DNA from: Patescibacteria group bacterium
Lineage (GTDB): Bacteria; Patescibacteriota; Minisyncoccia; Phycocordibacterales; UBA12079
Length of the DNA stretch: 57,804 nucleotides
Assembly: GCA_034661035.1 (NCBI GenBank)
Contig: JAYEKM010000029.1
Span: forward strand, 1-57,804
Direction of reading: 5' to 3'
Part shown: in pieces, positions 9,121-17,175 of the stretch
Layout of the letters: each line of letters opens with the position of its first letter
Position numbering within the stretch: position 1 is the first letter of the stretch
The notes under the pieces: generated by a model
The model's database searches: none
What the model saw: only the letters and a program-made list of their open reading frames with translations
What the model was told of the DNA's origin: nothing
Made by a program: the position numbers and the translations under genes

Positions 9121-9789
9121 ATGAACATTAACAAAAAAACATCAAAAATGTGGAAAATTTTACTAGATGTTCTCTTTCCTATTCACCAAAATCAGGCTTT
9201 TCTAAACAATCTAACAACTGAGAAATTTATTTCTTTAACCAACCCAGCTAAAATTCCGCCGATACCCAATACAATCTCTATAGTTAGTTATAGGAATAGG
9301 TTTGTTAAAAAAACCCTTTGGTCTTTAAAATTCAAAAATAACCACCAGATAGCTAAGCTATTTGCCGAAGTTATTTACGATAATCTTATTGAAGAATTAT
9401 CCAATTTAAAATTGACAGCTAATTTTGATAATCCAATTTTAGTGGTCATACCGTTATCTCGCCAAAGAAAAAGAACTCGGGGTTATAATCAAGTTGATTT
9501 AATAGCCAGAGCCATAGAAGAACTTGATCAAAATAATTTTTTAGAGTACAGAAGAAATATCTTAAAAAAAGTCAAAGATACCCCTCAGCAATCTCGTGCT
9601 AAAAACAAACAAGAACGGCTAAAAAATTTAAAAAATTGTTTCAAAGTTACTAATTTTGAAACAATTCGTAATAGAAATATTATTTTACTTGATGATATTA
9701 CTACTACAGGAGCAACTTTGATCGAAGCCACCCAAACTCTTAAGTCAGCAAAGCCTAAGCAGATTCTCTGTGTAACTTTAGCCCATTAG
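9121..9789 (+). CDS. comF: ComF family phosphoribosyltransferase-like competence protein
   Basis: C-terminal PRTase motif IILLDDITTTGATL. Size and layout are like ComFC. No N-terminal Cys pairs. Confidence 0.7.
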   Translation: MNINKKTSKMWKILLDVLFPIHQNQAFLNNLTTEKFISLTNPAKIPPIPNTISIVSYRNRFVKKTLWSLKFKNNHQIAKLFAEVIYDNLIEELSNLKLTANFDNPILVVIPLSRQRKRTRGYNQVDLIARAIEELDQNNFLEYRRNILKKVKDTPQQSRAKNKQERLKNLKNCFKVTNFETIRNRNIILLDDITTTGATLIEATQTLKSAKPKQILCVTLAH

Positions 9790-11363
9790 AAACTATATCT
9801 GACTTGACCAATCTTCGCCCACTTTTTTGCTTCTTTCCTGTCCCCTTGGCTAAGATAAAACAAAACCAAATTTTCATAAACACCTTGATAGGGCGGATAA
9901 TGTTCAAAGGCTTTAAAATATTGTTCTTTCGCTTTTTCTAATTTTTCTGCTTTCCAGTAAATCAAACCCAGATTGTTATTAGCTTTTGTATAACCATCAT
10001 AAATTTCATAGGAACCTAAAATAATCTTTTCCGCTTCATCATATTCACCTTTGAAATAATGTACTGTAGCTAAATTAGACAAAGACAGCACGCTCTGCGA
10101 AGCACACTGTCCAGCAGAAACAAACAGACGTTCTTCACTTAACCAATCCAGAGACCTATCCAAACTCCGACCTACGTAGAAAACAGCAATTAATATTAAT
10201 ACCACAATGAAACTTCTTTTTATAACTACAGATTTATCTTTTAAGTAATTTAAAAGAAAAATAATCAACGTTGCCCCTAGAATAACCAGCCCCACCGAAG
10301 GAAAATAGAATAGTCTTTCCCCCATAATCGTCCCAATTGGATTTAATAAATTAGAAGTTATTAGAAAAGGAAAGAGAAAAAAAGACAGGGCTAAAGATAT
10401 TACAAATCTTTTCTTGAAAAAGAAAAATATTCCTACAACAGACAAAACCAAAACAACAAAACCAAACAGAACATCTGGACTAAAGAAAGATGTTTCAGTT
10501 GTTATCTGGTTATAAGAATAATCTGAGCATAAATTAAACGGTAAAATTGTTTTCGTAATGTACATAGACAGAATTTTCAGAGCAGTAAAAATTCTTTCTG
10601 GAAAAGTTACAAACTTTAATGGATTTTCAACAAGGGAAGCTGTATTAGTCAGAAAGTGAGTACCTAATACCCAAAACCTAATCGAGAAATAAGTAAAAAC
10701 TGACATGATACTGGGAAACCATAAATTTTCTAAAACATTTTTATTAAAAATTTTCTTTAAACTCCCTGTTTTGTGAAGAGCAACTAACAAAGCAACCGGT
10801 AAAACAGCGATGGCGGTTTCTTTGCTACTCATTGCCAAAGTAAACCACATAAACACCAACCATTTATTAGAAATCTTCTTTAATAATTCAATTAAACCTA
10901 GGAGAGAAAAGAGTAAGGCCAAAATCTCTGCCCTTCCCACGATATTAGCCACTACTTCCGTATGAATTGGTAAGATTAAAAAGAGAAAAGCACTGAGATA
11001 AACCAATAATTCTTTTTTGGGAAATAATCGTTTAAGAAAAACAAATAAAAAATAACCACTTAAAAAATAAAGAATAATATTTACCATGTGGAAACTCCCT
11101 GCTCCCTCACCAAAGATGAAAAAATTAACCCCATAGGTAAAAATCGTAATCGGTCGGTAAAGACCTGCATCAACATTCCAATAAGGTGTGACCAGAACCT
11201 GAGGCCAATTGAGAGGGCTCTCTAAAAAACTCTGATGATCAACAATACCCCTATCATCGAAAACATAGGTTCCCCATAAACTACTCCCATACATAACCAA
11301 AACCACCACAGCAAGAAGAATAATAAAACAAATATTCTTATTTCTTTTTATAAAATCAAGCAT
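9786..11363 (-). CDS. Polytopic GT-C type glycosyltransferase-like membrane protein with C-terminal TPR repeats
   Basis: About 11 TM segments, an acidic FDD motif in the first loop (PMT/TMTC-like), and C-terminal TPR-like repeats (YFKGEYDEAEK..., NNLGLIYWKAEKLEKAKEQY...). Confidence 0.5.
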   Translation of the reverse strand: MLDFIKRNKNICFIILLAVVVLVMYGSSLWGTYVFDDRGIVDHQSFLESPLNWPQVLVTPYWNVDAGLYRPITIFTYGVNFFIFGEGAGSFHMVNIILYFLSGYFLFVFLKRLFPKKELLVYLSAFLFLILPIHTEVVANIVGRAEILALLFSLLGLIELLKKISNKWLVFMWFTLAMSSKETAIAVLPVALLVALHKTGSLKKIFNKNVLENLWFPSIMSVFTYFSIRFWVLGTHFLTNTASLVENPLKFVTFPERIFTALKILSMYITKTILPFNLCSDYSYNQITTETSFFSPDVLFGFVVLVLSVVGIFFFFKKRFVISLALSFFLFPFLITSNLLNPIGTIMGERLFYFPSVGLVILGATLIIFLLNYLKDKSVVIKRSFIVVLILIAVFYVGRSLDRSLDWLSEERLFVSAGQCASQSVLSLSNLATVHYFKGEYDEAEKIILGSYEIYDGYTKANNNLGLIYWKAEKLEKAKEQYFKAFEHYPPYQGVYENLVLFYLSQGDRKEAKKWAKIGQVRYSF

Positions 11364-11364
11364 G

Positions 11365-11463
11365 ACTTAGATATTAGAGAATTAGAAATTAGGTATTTAG
11401 GAAAAAATTTGCTTTGCAAATTTTTTCCTAACCTCTAAGGACCTAAAAACCTAACGTCCTAAT
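11365..11463. repeat. Long imperfect palindrome with terminator core (family member 3)
   Basis: Core GGAAAAAATTTGC-tt-GCAAATTTTTTCC (11400-11427). It is flanked by TTAG-word (left) and CTAA-word (right) arms closely resembling 1720-1829. Confidence 0.6.
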
Positions 11464-11521
11464 TAAACCCTATATTAGCATAAAAACACCCCTATTCACC
11501 CAAATCCAGCACTGGGTTTGG

Positions 11522-11583
11522 TAAAATACCTCTACTTAGCGCTCCGAGCGCTAAATATTTTTTATGGAAAAAAAGTGAAAATG
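11522..11583 (+). repeat. Left direct repeat flanking the Fic cassette
   Basis: taaaatacctctacttag...ctaaatattttttatggaaaaaaagtgaaaatg matches 12801-12853 at roughly 80% by eye. It carries an extra 11-nt palindromic insert (ttagcgctccgagcgctaa). Confidence 0.6.
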
Positions 11584-11711
11584 TTATGATTAGCTCTAAA
11601 AAATGTCATGATTAAAAAAGACTATATCCATATATATACCGACTGGCCAACTCTGTATCACCCCCGCCCTCACAAAAATGTCATGATTAAGGCTTCCAAA
11701 TGTCATGATTA
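11580..11711 (+). promoter_or_regulatory. Four-copy 13-mer operator-like array upstream of the HTH-Fic gene
   Basis: AATGT(C/T)ATGATTA at 11580-11592, 11602-11614, 11677-11689 and 11699-11711. The copies form two pairs, each with 22-nt spacing. The core TCATGA is palindromic. The last copy ends 17 nt before the Fic ATG. Confidence 0.55.
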
Positions 11712-12800
11712 TCTGATACAATTTACCTATGAAAACTTTAAGCAAAAGACAAGTGATAATATTGGAATTTATAAAAAAGAACGGCAAAGCCAGTATTGGG
11801 GAGATTTATGGTTTTGTTAAGGAAGATTTTGAGGTAGATCAAAGAACAATCTCTAGAGATATTAAATTTATTTTAGATAAAAAATTGATATCTCAGACAG
11901 GGGCAGGACGAAATGTCTCTTACTTTATTTCTAGCCAAAATAAAATCTTAAAAGAAATTGATGTAGAAAAATATTTTTCTATTCCTTTTGATGAAAGAGA
12001 AGTTAAAACCAATTTTAATTTTGATATTTTTAATATTTTAAAAGAAGATATTTTTTCAGAAGAAGAACAAGAAAAACTTTTACAATTACACAATGATTTT
12101 TTAAATAATTTTTCTAAATATGACAGTCAAACACTTCTCAATAAGGAGTTTGAGAGGATTTTAATAGAATTTTCTTGGAAATCTTCACAAATTGAGGGTA
12201 ATACCTATTCACTTCTTAATACTGAACAACTTATTAAAGATAATAAGCCTGATAGTCAGAAAACAAAAGAGGAAACCCAAATGATATTAAATCACAAGGA
12301 TGCTTTTAATAAATCTTTACAAAATAAAGATGTTTTTGTTAAATTAACTCGCTCTAATATTGAACATATTCATCATCTTTTGACAAAAGACTTAAATATC
12401 TCTAAAAATATTAGAAAATCTCCTGTTGGGATAACAGGAACAAATTATAAACCTCTTGATAATGCCCACCAAATAGAAGAAGCTTTAGATAAGATGATAA
12501 AATTAATTAACAATAAAGAAAACTTTTTTGAAAAAGCTTTTTTGTCTTTGATATTACTTTCATATATTCAAGCCTTTGAAGATGGAAATAAGCGAACAGC
12601 TAGAATGATAGCCAATGCAATTCTGTTGTCATACAGATCTATTCCTATGTCATATAGAGCAGTAGACGAAGTAGAATATAAAAAAGCCTCTTTATTGTTT
12701 TATGAAATCAATAACCTAAATTATTTTAAAGAAATCTTTTTAAAACAATTTGAATTTGCCGTAGAAAATTATTTTAAATAAACAATAATACGATTTTCTC
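11584..12800 (+). mobile_element. Possible inserted HTH-Fic gene cassette bracketed by ~50-nt direct repeats
   Basis: Operator array plus the Fic ORF lie exactly between the two direct repeats. The right repeat is the immediate upstream region of tRNA-Ser. Confidence 0.35.
11729..12781 (+). CDS. Fic/DOC family protein with N-terminal winged-helix DNA-binding domain and degenerate active-site motif
   Basis: N-terminal DeoR-like HTH (RQVIILEFIKKNGKASIGEI...RTISRDIKFI). Inhibitory-helix motif SSQIEG. Fic motif region reads QAFEDGNKRTAR instead of HxFx(D/E)GNGRxxR. Confidence 0.8.
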   Translation: MKTLSKRQVIILEFIKKNGKASIGEIYGFVKEDFEVDQRTISRDIKFILDKKLISQTGAGRNVSYFISSQNKILKEIDVEKYFSIPFDEREVKTNFNFDIFNILKEDIFSEEEQEKLLQLHNDFLNNFSKYDSQTLLNKEFERILIEFSWKSSQIEGNTYSLLNTEQLIKDNKPDSQKTKEETQMILNHKDAFNKSLQNKDVFVKLTRSNIEHIHHLLTKDLNISKNIRKSPVGITGTNYKPLDNAHQIEEALDKMIKLINNKENFFEKAFLSLILLSYIQAFEDGNKRTARMIANAILLSYRSIPMSYRAVDEVEYKKASLLFYEINNLNYFKEIFLKQFEFAVENYFK

Positions 12801-12853
12801 TTAAATACTCCCAGTAGTTAAGTATTTTTGATGTGGAAAAAAAGTGAAAAATA
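12801..12853 (+). repeat. Right direct repeat flanking the Fic cassette
   Basis: ttaaatactcccagtagttaagtatttttgatgtggaaaaaaagtgaaaaata. It is the partner of 11522-11583 and ends 20 nt before tRNA-Ser. Confidence 0.6.
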
Positions 12854-12872
12854 TGGTATTTTTATAGGTACT

Positions 12873-12959
12873 GGAGAGTTGGCTGAGTGGTTTAAAGCGC
12901 GCCCCTGCTAAGGGTGTTGGGAGGAAACTCCCTCGAGGGTTCGAATCCCTCACTCTCCG
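12873..12959 (+). tRNA. tRNA-Ser(GCU)
   Basis: Acceptor GGAGAGT/ACTCTCC, anticodon loop CTGCTAA, long variable arm GGGAG-gaaa-CTCCC, T-arm GAGGG-TTCGAAT-CCCTC, discriminator G. No encoded CCA. Confidence 0.9.
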
Positions 12960-13013
12960 CATTGGTAATTTTAAATAGCGACTGAGCTATTCAAAATTGA
13001 CAACATAAGGATA

Positions 13014-13173
13014 GATGAGTGAGGGATTCGAACCGAGTCGCCACGAAGTCTGATTTTTGAGGTACGAAAAAATCAGAGGCGACGAGTGGAGGTCAATGGA
13101 GTGAGATATTTTTAGAGCGAAGCGAATAAAAATATCCACGAGAGTGACCGAATCCCTGACATAGACTCTCCGC
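13014..13173 (+). other. Hairpin-rich element bounded by an inverted and a direct partial copy of the tRNA-Ser 3' end
   Basis: gagtgagggattcgaacc (13018-13035) is the exact reverse complement of 18 nt of the tRNA T-arm/acceptor. ccgaatccct..actctccgc (13148-13173) is a direct partial copy. The two copies pair (AGGGATTCG/CGAATCCCT). They enclose the hairpins GTCGCC[TCTGATTTTT-gaggtacg-AAAAAATCAGA]GGCGAC and GATATTTTTA-gagcgaagcgaa-TAAAAATATC. Confidence 0.45.
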
Positions 13174-13239
13174 AACATCGTGCCAAAACAAATAGCCAAG
13201 AGAAAAGGTGTCAGCCATATAGCTAACACCTTAAGTTTT

Positions 13240-13258
13240 GAGCCTGTTGGCTCTTTTC
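13240..13258 (+). terminator. Weak plus-strand terminator after the tRNA-Ser downstream element
   Basis: GAGCC-tgtt-GGCTC followed by TTTT. There is no U-run on the minus strand. Confidence 0.3.
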
Positions 13259-13574
13259 ATTTTCCATCTTGTTTGTCCCACCTAAATCTATTCCCGAAAC
13301 GGCAAACATCACCTTGTTTCCTTGATGGATTATCATCATACCAGTAGCTATCAATGCCCTTGTCCTGAAACAAAGTGATGAGCTGTAACATTTCTGAGGG
13401 GGACTCAGTGATAAAACATATTTTAGCAGTACCATCGCCCGATGCATATGGCCCTTGATTCACTTCCAGACCAAACCGCAACCTAACAACATCAATCATA
13501 TCGTTAATGTTAGGACGCGCACCTGAACCTAATTCATCTCCGCGTGGATAACTAGTACAAACAGTATATTTCAT
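13257..13574 (-). CDS. Hypothetical protein (105 aa) with strong RBS
   Basis: AAAGGAGG lies 6 nt upstream of the ATG. The sequence is not low-complexity. No family recognised. Confidence 0.5.
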   Translation of the reverse strand: MKYTVCTSYPRGDELGSGARPNINDMIDVVRLRFGLEVNQGPYASGDGTAKICFITESPSEMLQLITLFQDKGIDSYWYDDNPSRKQGDVCRFGNRFRWDKQDGK

Positions 13575-13644
13575 TTGAAACCTCCTTTTGGGTTTTATAA
13601 AAGAGCAAATCCTCGCATTTAAATTACTTTGAATTCTTCTTTCC

Positions 13645-13764
13645 TCATTCTGGATCTCTCTCCTTAATCAATTTTTTGATCAACCCCTGCAATTTTCGCA
13701 TTTCCAAGACCAGCAATCTCATTTCCTCAATCAAAACGTTAAGACCTTCTATTTTGATTAACAT
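13645..13764 (-). CDS. Small hypothetical coiled-coil protein (39 aa)
   Basis: Hand-translated MLIKIEGLNVLIEEMRLLVLEMRKLQGLIKKLIKERDPE. AAAGGAGG lies 6 nt upstream of the ATG. Not in the ORF track (below its length cutoff). Confidence 0.35.
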   Translation of the reverse strand: MLIKIEGLNVLIEEMRLLVLEMRKLQGLIKKLIKERDPE

Positions 13765-13835
13765 CTCTAGCCTCCTTTTCTTTTATTTAAGTGCTATTAG
13801 AAAAATCCTATCACCAACGAACAAACTTTAATCCC

Positions 13836-14849
13836 CTATTTAGAATACTTCAAAATATTTCCTCTTGGGAGATAAATTAGATTCAAAGTATTTTCCGTTA
13901 ATTCAGCTATCTCATATTCAAACACCCCATCTGTTGTTTCGACAACTAAATATTTAGCTGTATCTTTCTTCTCACTATCTTCGTCAGTCGGAATACTTTC
14001 ATAAAAACCAAATTCATCACTACTCATTTCTTCTCCAGAATAAATATCCGTTTTCATTCCATCCTTAAATTCAATAATAGAATTTTCATCATCTAAAGAA
14101 GTCCAAGTTCCTTCAATCAGTTGAGAATAATTAGCTGGTTCTTCTATCTCAGCTAATTCAATAGTACCGATAATTTTATCAAAGGTATCAAACCACTCTT
14201 GAGCTGTAAAGAAACTCTTGCCTGCTGCTAGGTCCTTATAAAACTGGTCTTGCTTATCAAAGTTCCAAATAATTTCATCACCACAATTTTCTTCATCTAA
14301 TTTAAAGTACTGGGGCAAGTTATCAACAATATTACTCTTAGTCTCCTCTAATGTAATCACTACTCGGTAGTCACCATCGTAGAAAAGCAGTTTTCTTTCA
14401 AAAGTTACATTACAAACTTCAAAGCGAGATAACACCATTAATTCCTGTCCATTTAATCTCCCAAGATTTACAACCTTTTCGGAAAGAGGAAGGCCCCAAT
14501 AAACCCCTGAATTTTCAGTTAATTCACCACCTTCTAATACCTGAATATCTTTAAGGACATCGGCCTTATCAAAACCAGGATAGTCTAAATCATCAATCTT
14601 AATGACTTCTATATCCAAAGCTAAATTACCGTCTTCTCCACCAAGGGCTACATCATGCGGATATTTTATAGTAAAACCAATATCTTTATCTTCGTAGATT
14701 TTCCAAAGGTCTGTTTCACCTTCAATAGCTTTAGCTCGTCCACTATTATTAAACTCAAGTTCTGCGGGATCAACAGGTGATTTTGGTAAATACCATCCAA
14801 TTGCTCCTAAGACTGCTATGACTATAACTAAAATAAATATATTTTTCAT
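13836..14849 (-). CDS. Membrane-anchored/secreted hypothetical protein
   Basis: N-terminal TM MKNIFILVIVIAVLGAIGWYL and an acidic extracytoplasmic domain. The ORF-track start 14870 is TTG; the first ATG is at 14849. Confidence 0.6.
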   Translation of the reverse strand: MKNIFILVIVIAVLGAIGWYLPKSPVDPAELEFNNSGRAKAIEGETDLWKIYEDKDIGFTIKYPHDVALGGEDGNLALDIEVIKIDDLDYPGFDKADVLKDIQVLEGGELTENSGVYWGLPLSEKVVNLGRLNGQELMVLSRFEVCNVTFERKLLFYDGDYRVVITLEETKSNIVDNLPQYFKLDEENCGDEIIWNFDKQDQFYKDLAAGKSFFTAQEWFDTFDKIIGTIELAEIEEPANYSQLIEGTWTSLDDENSIIEFKDGMKTDIYSGEEMSSDEFGFYESIPTDEDSEKKDTAKYLVVETTDGVFEYEIAELTENTLNLIYLPRGNILKYSK

Positions 14850-14937
14850 AATAAAAACTATAAGTGACAATATGTTTTTGTAATAATTTCATACTATCAA
14901 AAACAAAAAATAAAGCAATATGATAAGATAACAACAT

Positions 14938-17115
14938 ATGAAACCTGTCGATACAATAGAAAGCCAATTTAGACTAAAGGCAGGACAAAAAAAAGCCTTA
15001 AAAAGACTTAGTTTAATTACTATTCAAGATTTACTTTTTTATTTTCCCACCCGCTATGGTGATACTACTGAACTAAAAAATATTAAGGACCTAAAGGCTG
15101 GGGATAAACCTATTATTTACGCTAAAGTTAAAAGTGTTCGCACCAGCAAAGCCTATATCAAAAAAATTCCCATGACCGAGGCTGTTTTAGAGGATGGGAC
15201 CGGAACCATTAAAGCCACTTGGTTTAGCCAACCCTACATCGCCAAAATGCTACCTGCTGGCTCCTCGGCTAAGTTTCAAGGCACTATTAACGAACGTAAT
15301 AAACAACTTTATATAGCTAATCCGGAATATAAGAACCTCGGTAAAATTCCTTTAGCAACCGGAAACTCTTTATTCAGCCAAGAGATTATTGATAGTTTTA
15401 TTTATCCAGTCTACCCAGAAAGTAAAGGGGTTACTTCCAAATGGTTTTACCACACCATGCAGAAAATTTTAAAAACAGATATCTTAGATAATTTAAAAGA
15501 CCCCATCCCTAAACAAATCCTAAAAAAATATCACCTTCCCTCTCTCAAAACAGCTCTAATCTGGGTTCACTCTCCTCAAAAAGAATCTGACACACAAGCT
15601 GCTAAAAAAAGATTTGCTTTTGAAGAAATTTTCTTCATTCAACTTTCTAGAACTAAGCAAAAAAAGGAATACCAAAGTCACCCTTCTTTTCAAATTAAGA
15701 AAACAAAAAAACAAATGAAAGGATTTATTGACCGTTTTCCTTTTAAACCAACCGAATCACAATCTAATTCTGTTCAACAAATTTTAGATGATTTTGAAAA
15801 AGATTATGCTATGAGTCGTCTCCTAGAAGGTGACGTTGGGTCAGGAAAAACTGCTGTAGCCGCTTCAGCTATCTACGCAATTACCACCACAGCCCCAAAA
15901 AATCAACCATCTGCCAAACTGCAAACTGCCTATATGGTTCCTACTGAAATTTTAGCCAAACAGCATTTTGAATCTTTTATTCAATATTTTGCTCACATTA
16001 ATATTAATATAGGCTTAATCACTTCTAGTGGTTGTCGAAAGTTCCCTTCCAAAGTTGACCCAACTGGTTGGACAAAAATATCACGGGCTCAACTTCTGAA
16101 GTGGACGGCCAATGGAGAAATCCCTATTTTAATTGGAACTCATTCCTTGATTTCCAAATCTGTTATTTTTAAAAATCTAGCTTTTGTTATTATTGATGAA
16201 CAACATCGCTTTGGATTGATGCAGAGGCAAGGCTTAGCTCAAAAAACAGATATCCGTTCTGATAATAAAAATATTATGCCTCATTTGTTGTCTATGACAG
16301 CCACTCCAATTCCCCGAACACTAGCTTTAACTATTTATGGCGATTTAGATTTAACTCTTCTAGATCAAATGCCTCACGGAAGAAAACCAATCATTACAGA
16401 AATTATTACACCTGACAAAAGAGAAGCTACTTACGAAGAAATCCGAGCTGAATTAGAGAAGGGTCGACAGGCTTACGTGATTTGTCCTCGGATTGAAGAA
16501 CCTGATCCAGACAAAGCTTCAGCTTTAAGAGTTAAATCTGTTTTAGCAGAAGCTCAACGTCTGAAAAGAGATGTTTTTAAAGAATATGAAATTGAAACGT
16601 TACATAGCAAAATGAAACCAACCGAAAAAGAAAAAGTGATGGATGATTTTTCTTCAGGTAAAACCAATATTCTAGTAGCCACCTCAGTGATTGAAGTTGG
16701 AGTAAATGTTCCTAACGCCACCATTATTATCTTAGAAGGAGCGGAAAGATTTGGATTGGCGCAACTTCACCAACTTCGTGGACGAGTAATTAGAAGCAAC
16801 CATCAAGCCTATTGTTATATCTTCAGCGAAACTAAAACTAAGAAAACTTTGGATAGATTAAAAGCCCTTCAAACTGCCAAAAATGGTTTTGAATTGGCTG
16901 AATTTGACCTAACTCTTCGAGGAGCTGGTGAATTAACTGGAAGAAAACAATGGGGTATTTCTGACCTTGGGATGGAAGCTATTAAAAATATTAAAATGGT
17001 AGAAGCTTCTCGCAAAGAAGCCCAAAAAATAATAGAGAACGATCCTGATTTACAGAAGCACCCTCTTATTAAACAAAAATTGCTACAAATAGAAAAAGTT
17101 ACTCATCTTGAGTAA
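14938..17115 (+). CDS. recG: ATP-dependent DNA helicase RecG
   Basis: N-terminal wedge/OB domain. Helicase motifs GDVGSGKT, DEQHRFG, SMTATPIPRT, QLHQLRGRV. Confidence 0.9.
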   Translation: MKPVDTIESQFRLKAGQKKALKRLSLITIQDLLFYFPTRYGDTTELKNIKDLKAGDKPIIYAKVKSVRTSKAYIKKIPMTEAVLEDGTGTIKATWFSQPYIAKMLPAGSSAKFQGTINERNKQLYIANPEYKNLGKIPLATGNSLFSQEIIDSFIYPVYPESKGVTSKWFYHTMQKILKTDILDNLKDPIPKQILKKYHLPSLKTALIWVHSPQKESDTQAAKKRFAFEEIFFIQLSRTKQKKEYQSHPSFQIKKTKKQMKGFIDRFPFKPTESQSNSVQQILDDFEKDYAMSRLLEGDVGSGKTAVAASAIYAITTTAPKNQPSAKLQTAYMVPTEILAKQHFESFIQYFAHININIGLITSSGCRKFPSKVDPTGWTKISRAQLLKWTANGEIPILIGTHSLISKSVIFKNLAFVIIDEQHRFGLMQRQGLAQKTDIRSDNKNIMPHLLSMTATPIPRTLALTIYGDLDLTLLDQMPHGRKPIITEIITPDKREATYEEIRAELEKGRQAYVICPRIEEPDPDKASALRVKSVLAEAQRLKRDVFKEYEIETLHSKMKPTEKEKVMDDFSSGKTNILVATSVIEVGVNVPNATIIILEGAERFGLAQLHQLRGRVIRSNHQAYCYIFSETKTKKTLDRLKALQTAKNGFELAEFDLTLRGAGELTGRKQWGISDLGMEAIKNIKMVEASRKEAQKIIENDPDLQKHPLIKQKLLQIEKVTHLE

Positions 17116-17175
17116 TTCAAAATTGCGAAAAAAGCCATTTTGAGATAGTATTCTAGTTATAAGATCATAAATTTT

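Noticed and set aside
11596-11820. Short ORFs 11596-11787 (-) and 11608-11820 (+)
   Set aside because: They cover the 13-mer operator array and the Fic start region and have no coding features.
12987-13447. ORFs 12987-13229 (-) and 13223-13447 (-)
   Set aside because: The first spans the hairpin-rich tRNA-Ser scar region. The second is out of frame within the better-supported 13257-13574 ORF, which has a strong RBS. Neither has an RBS.
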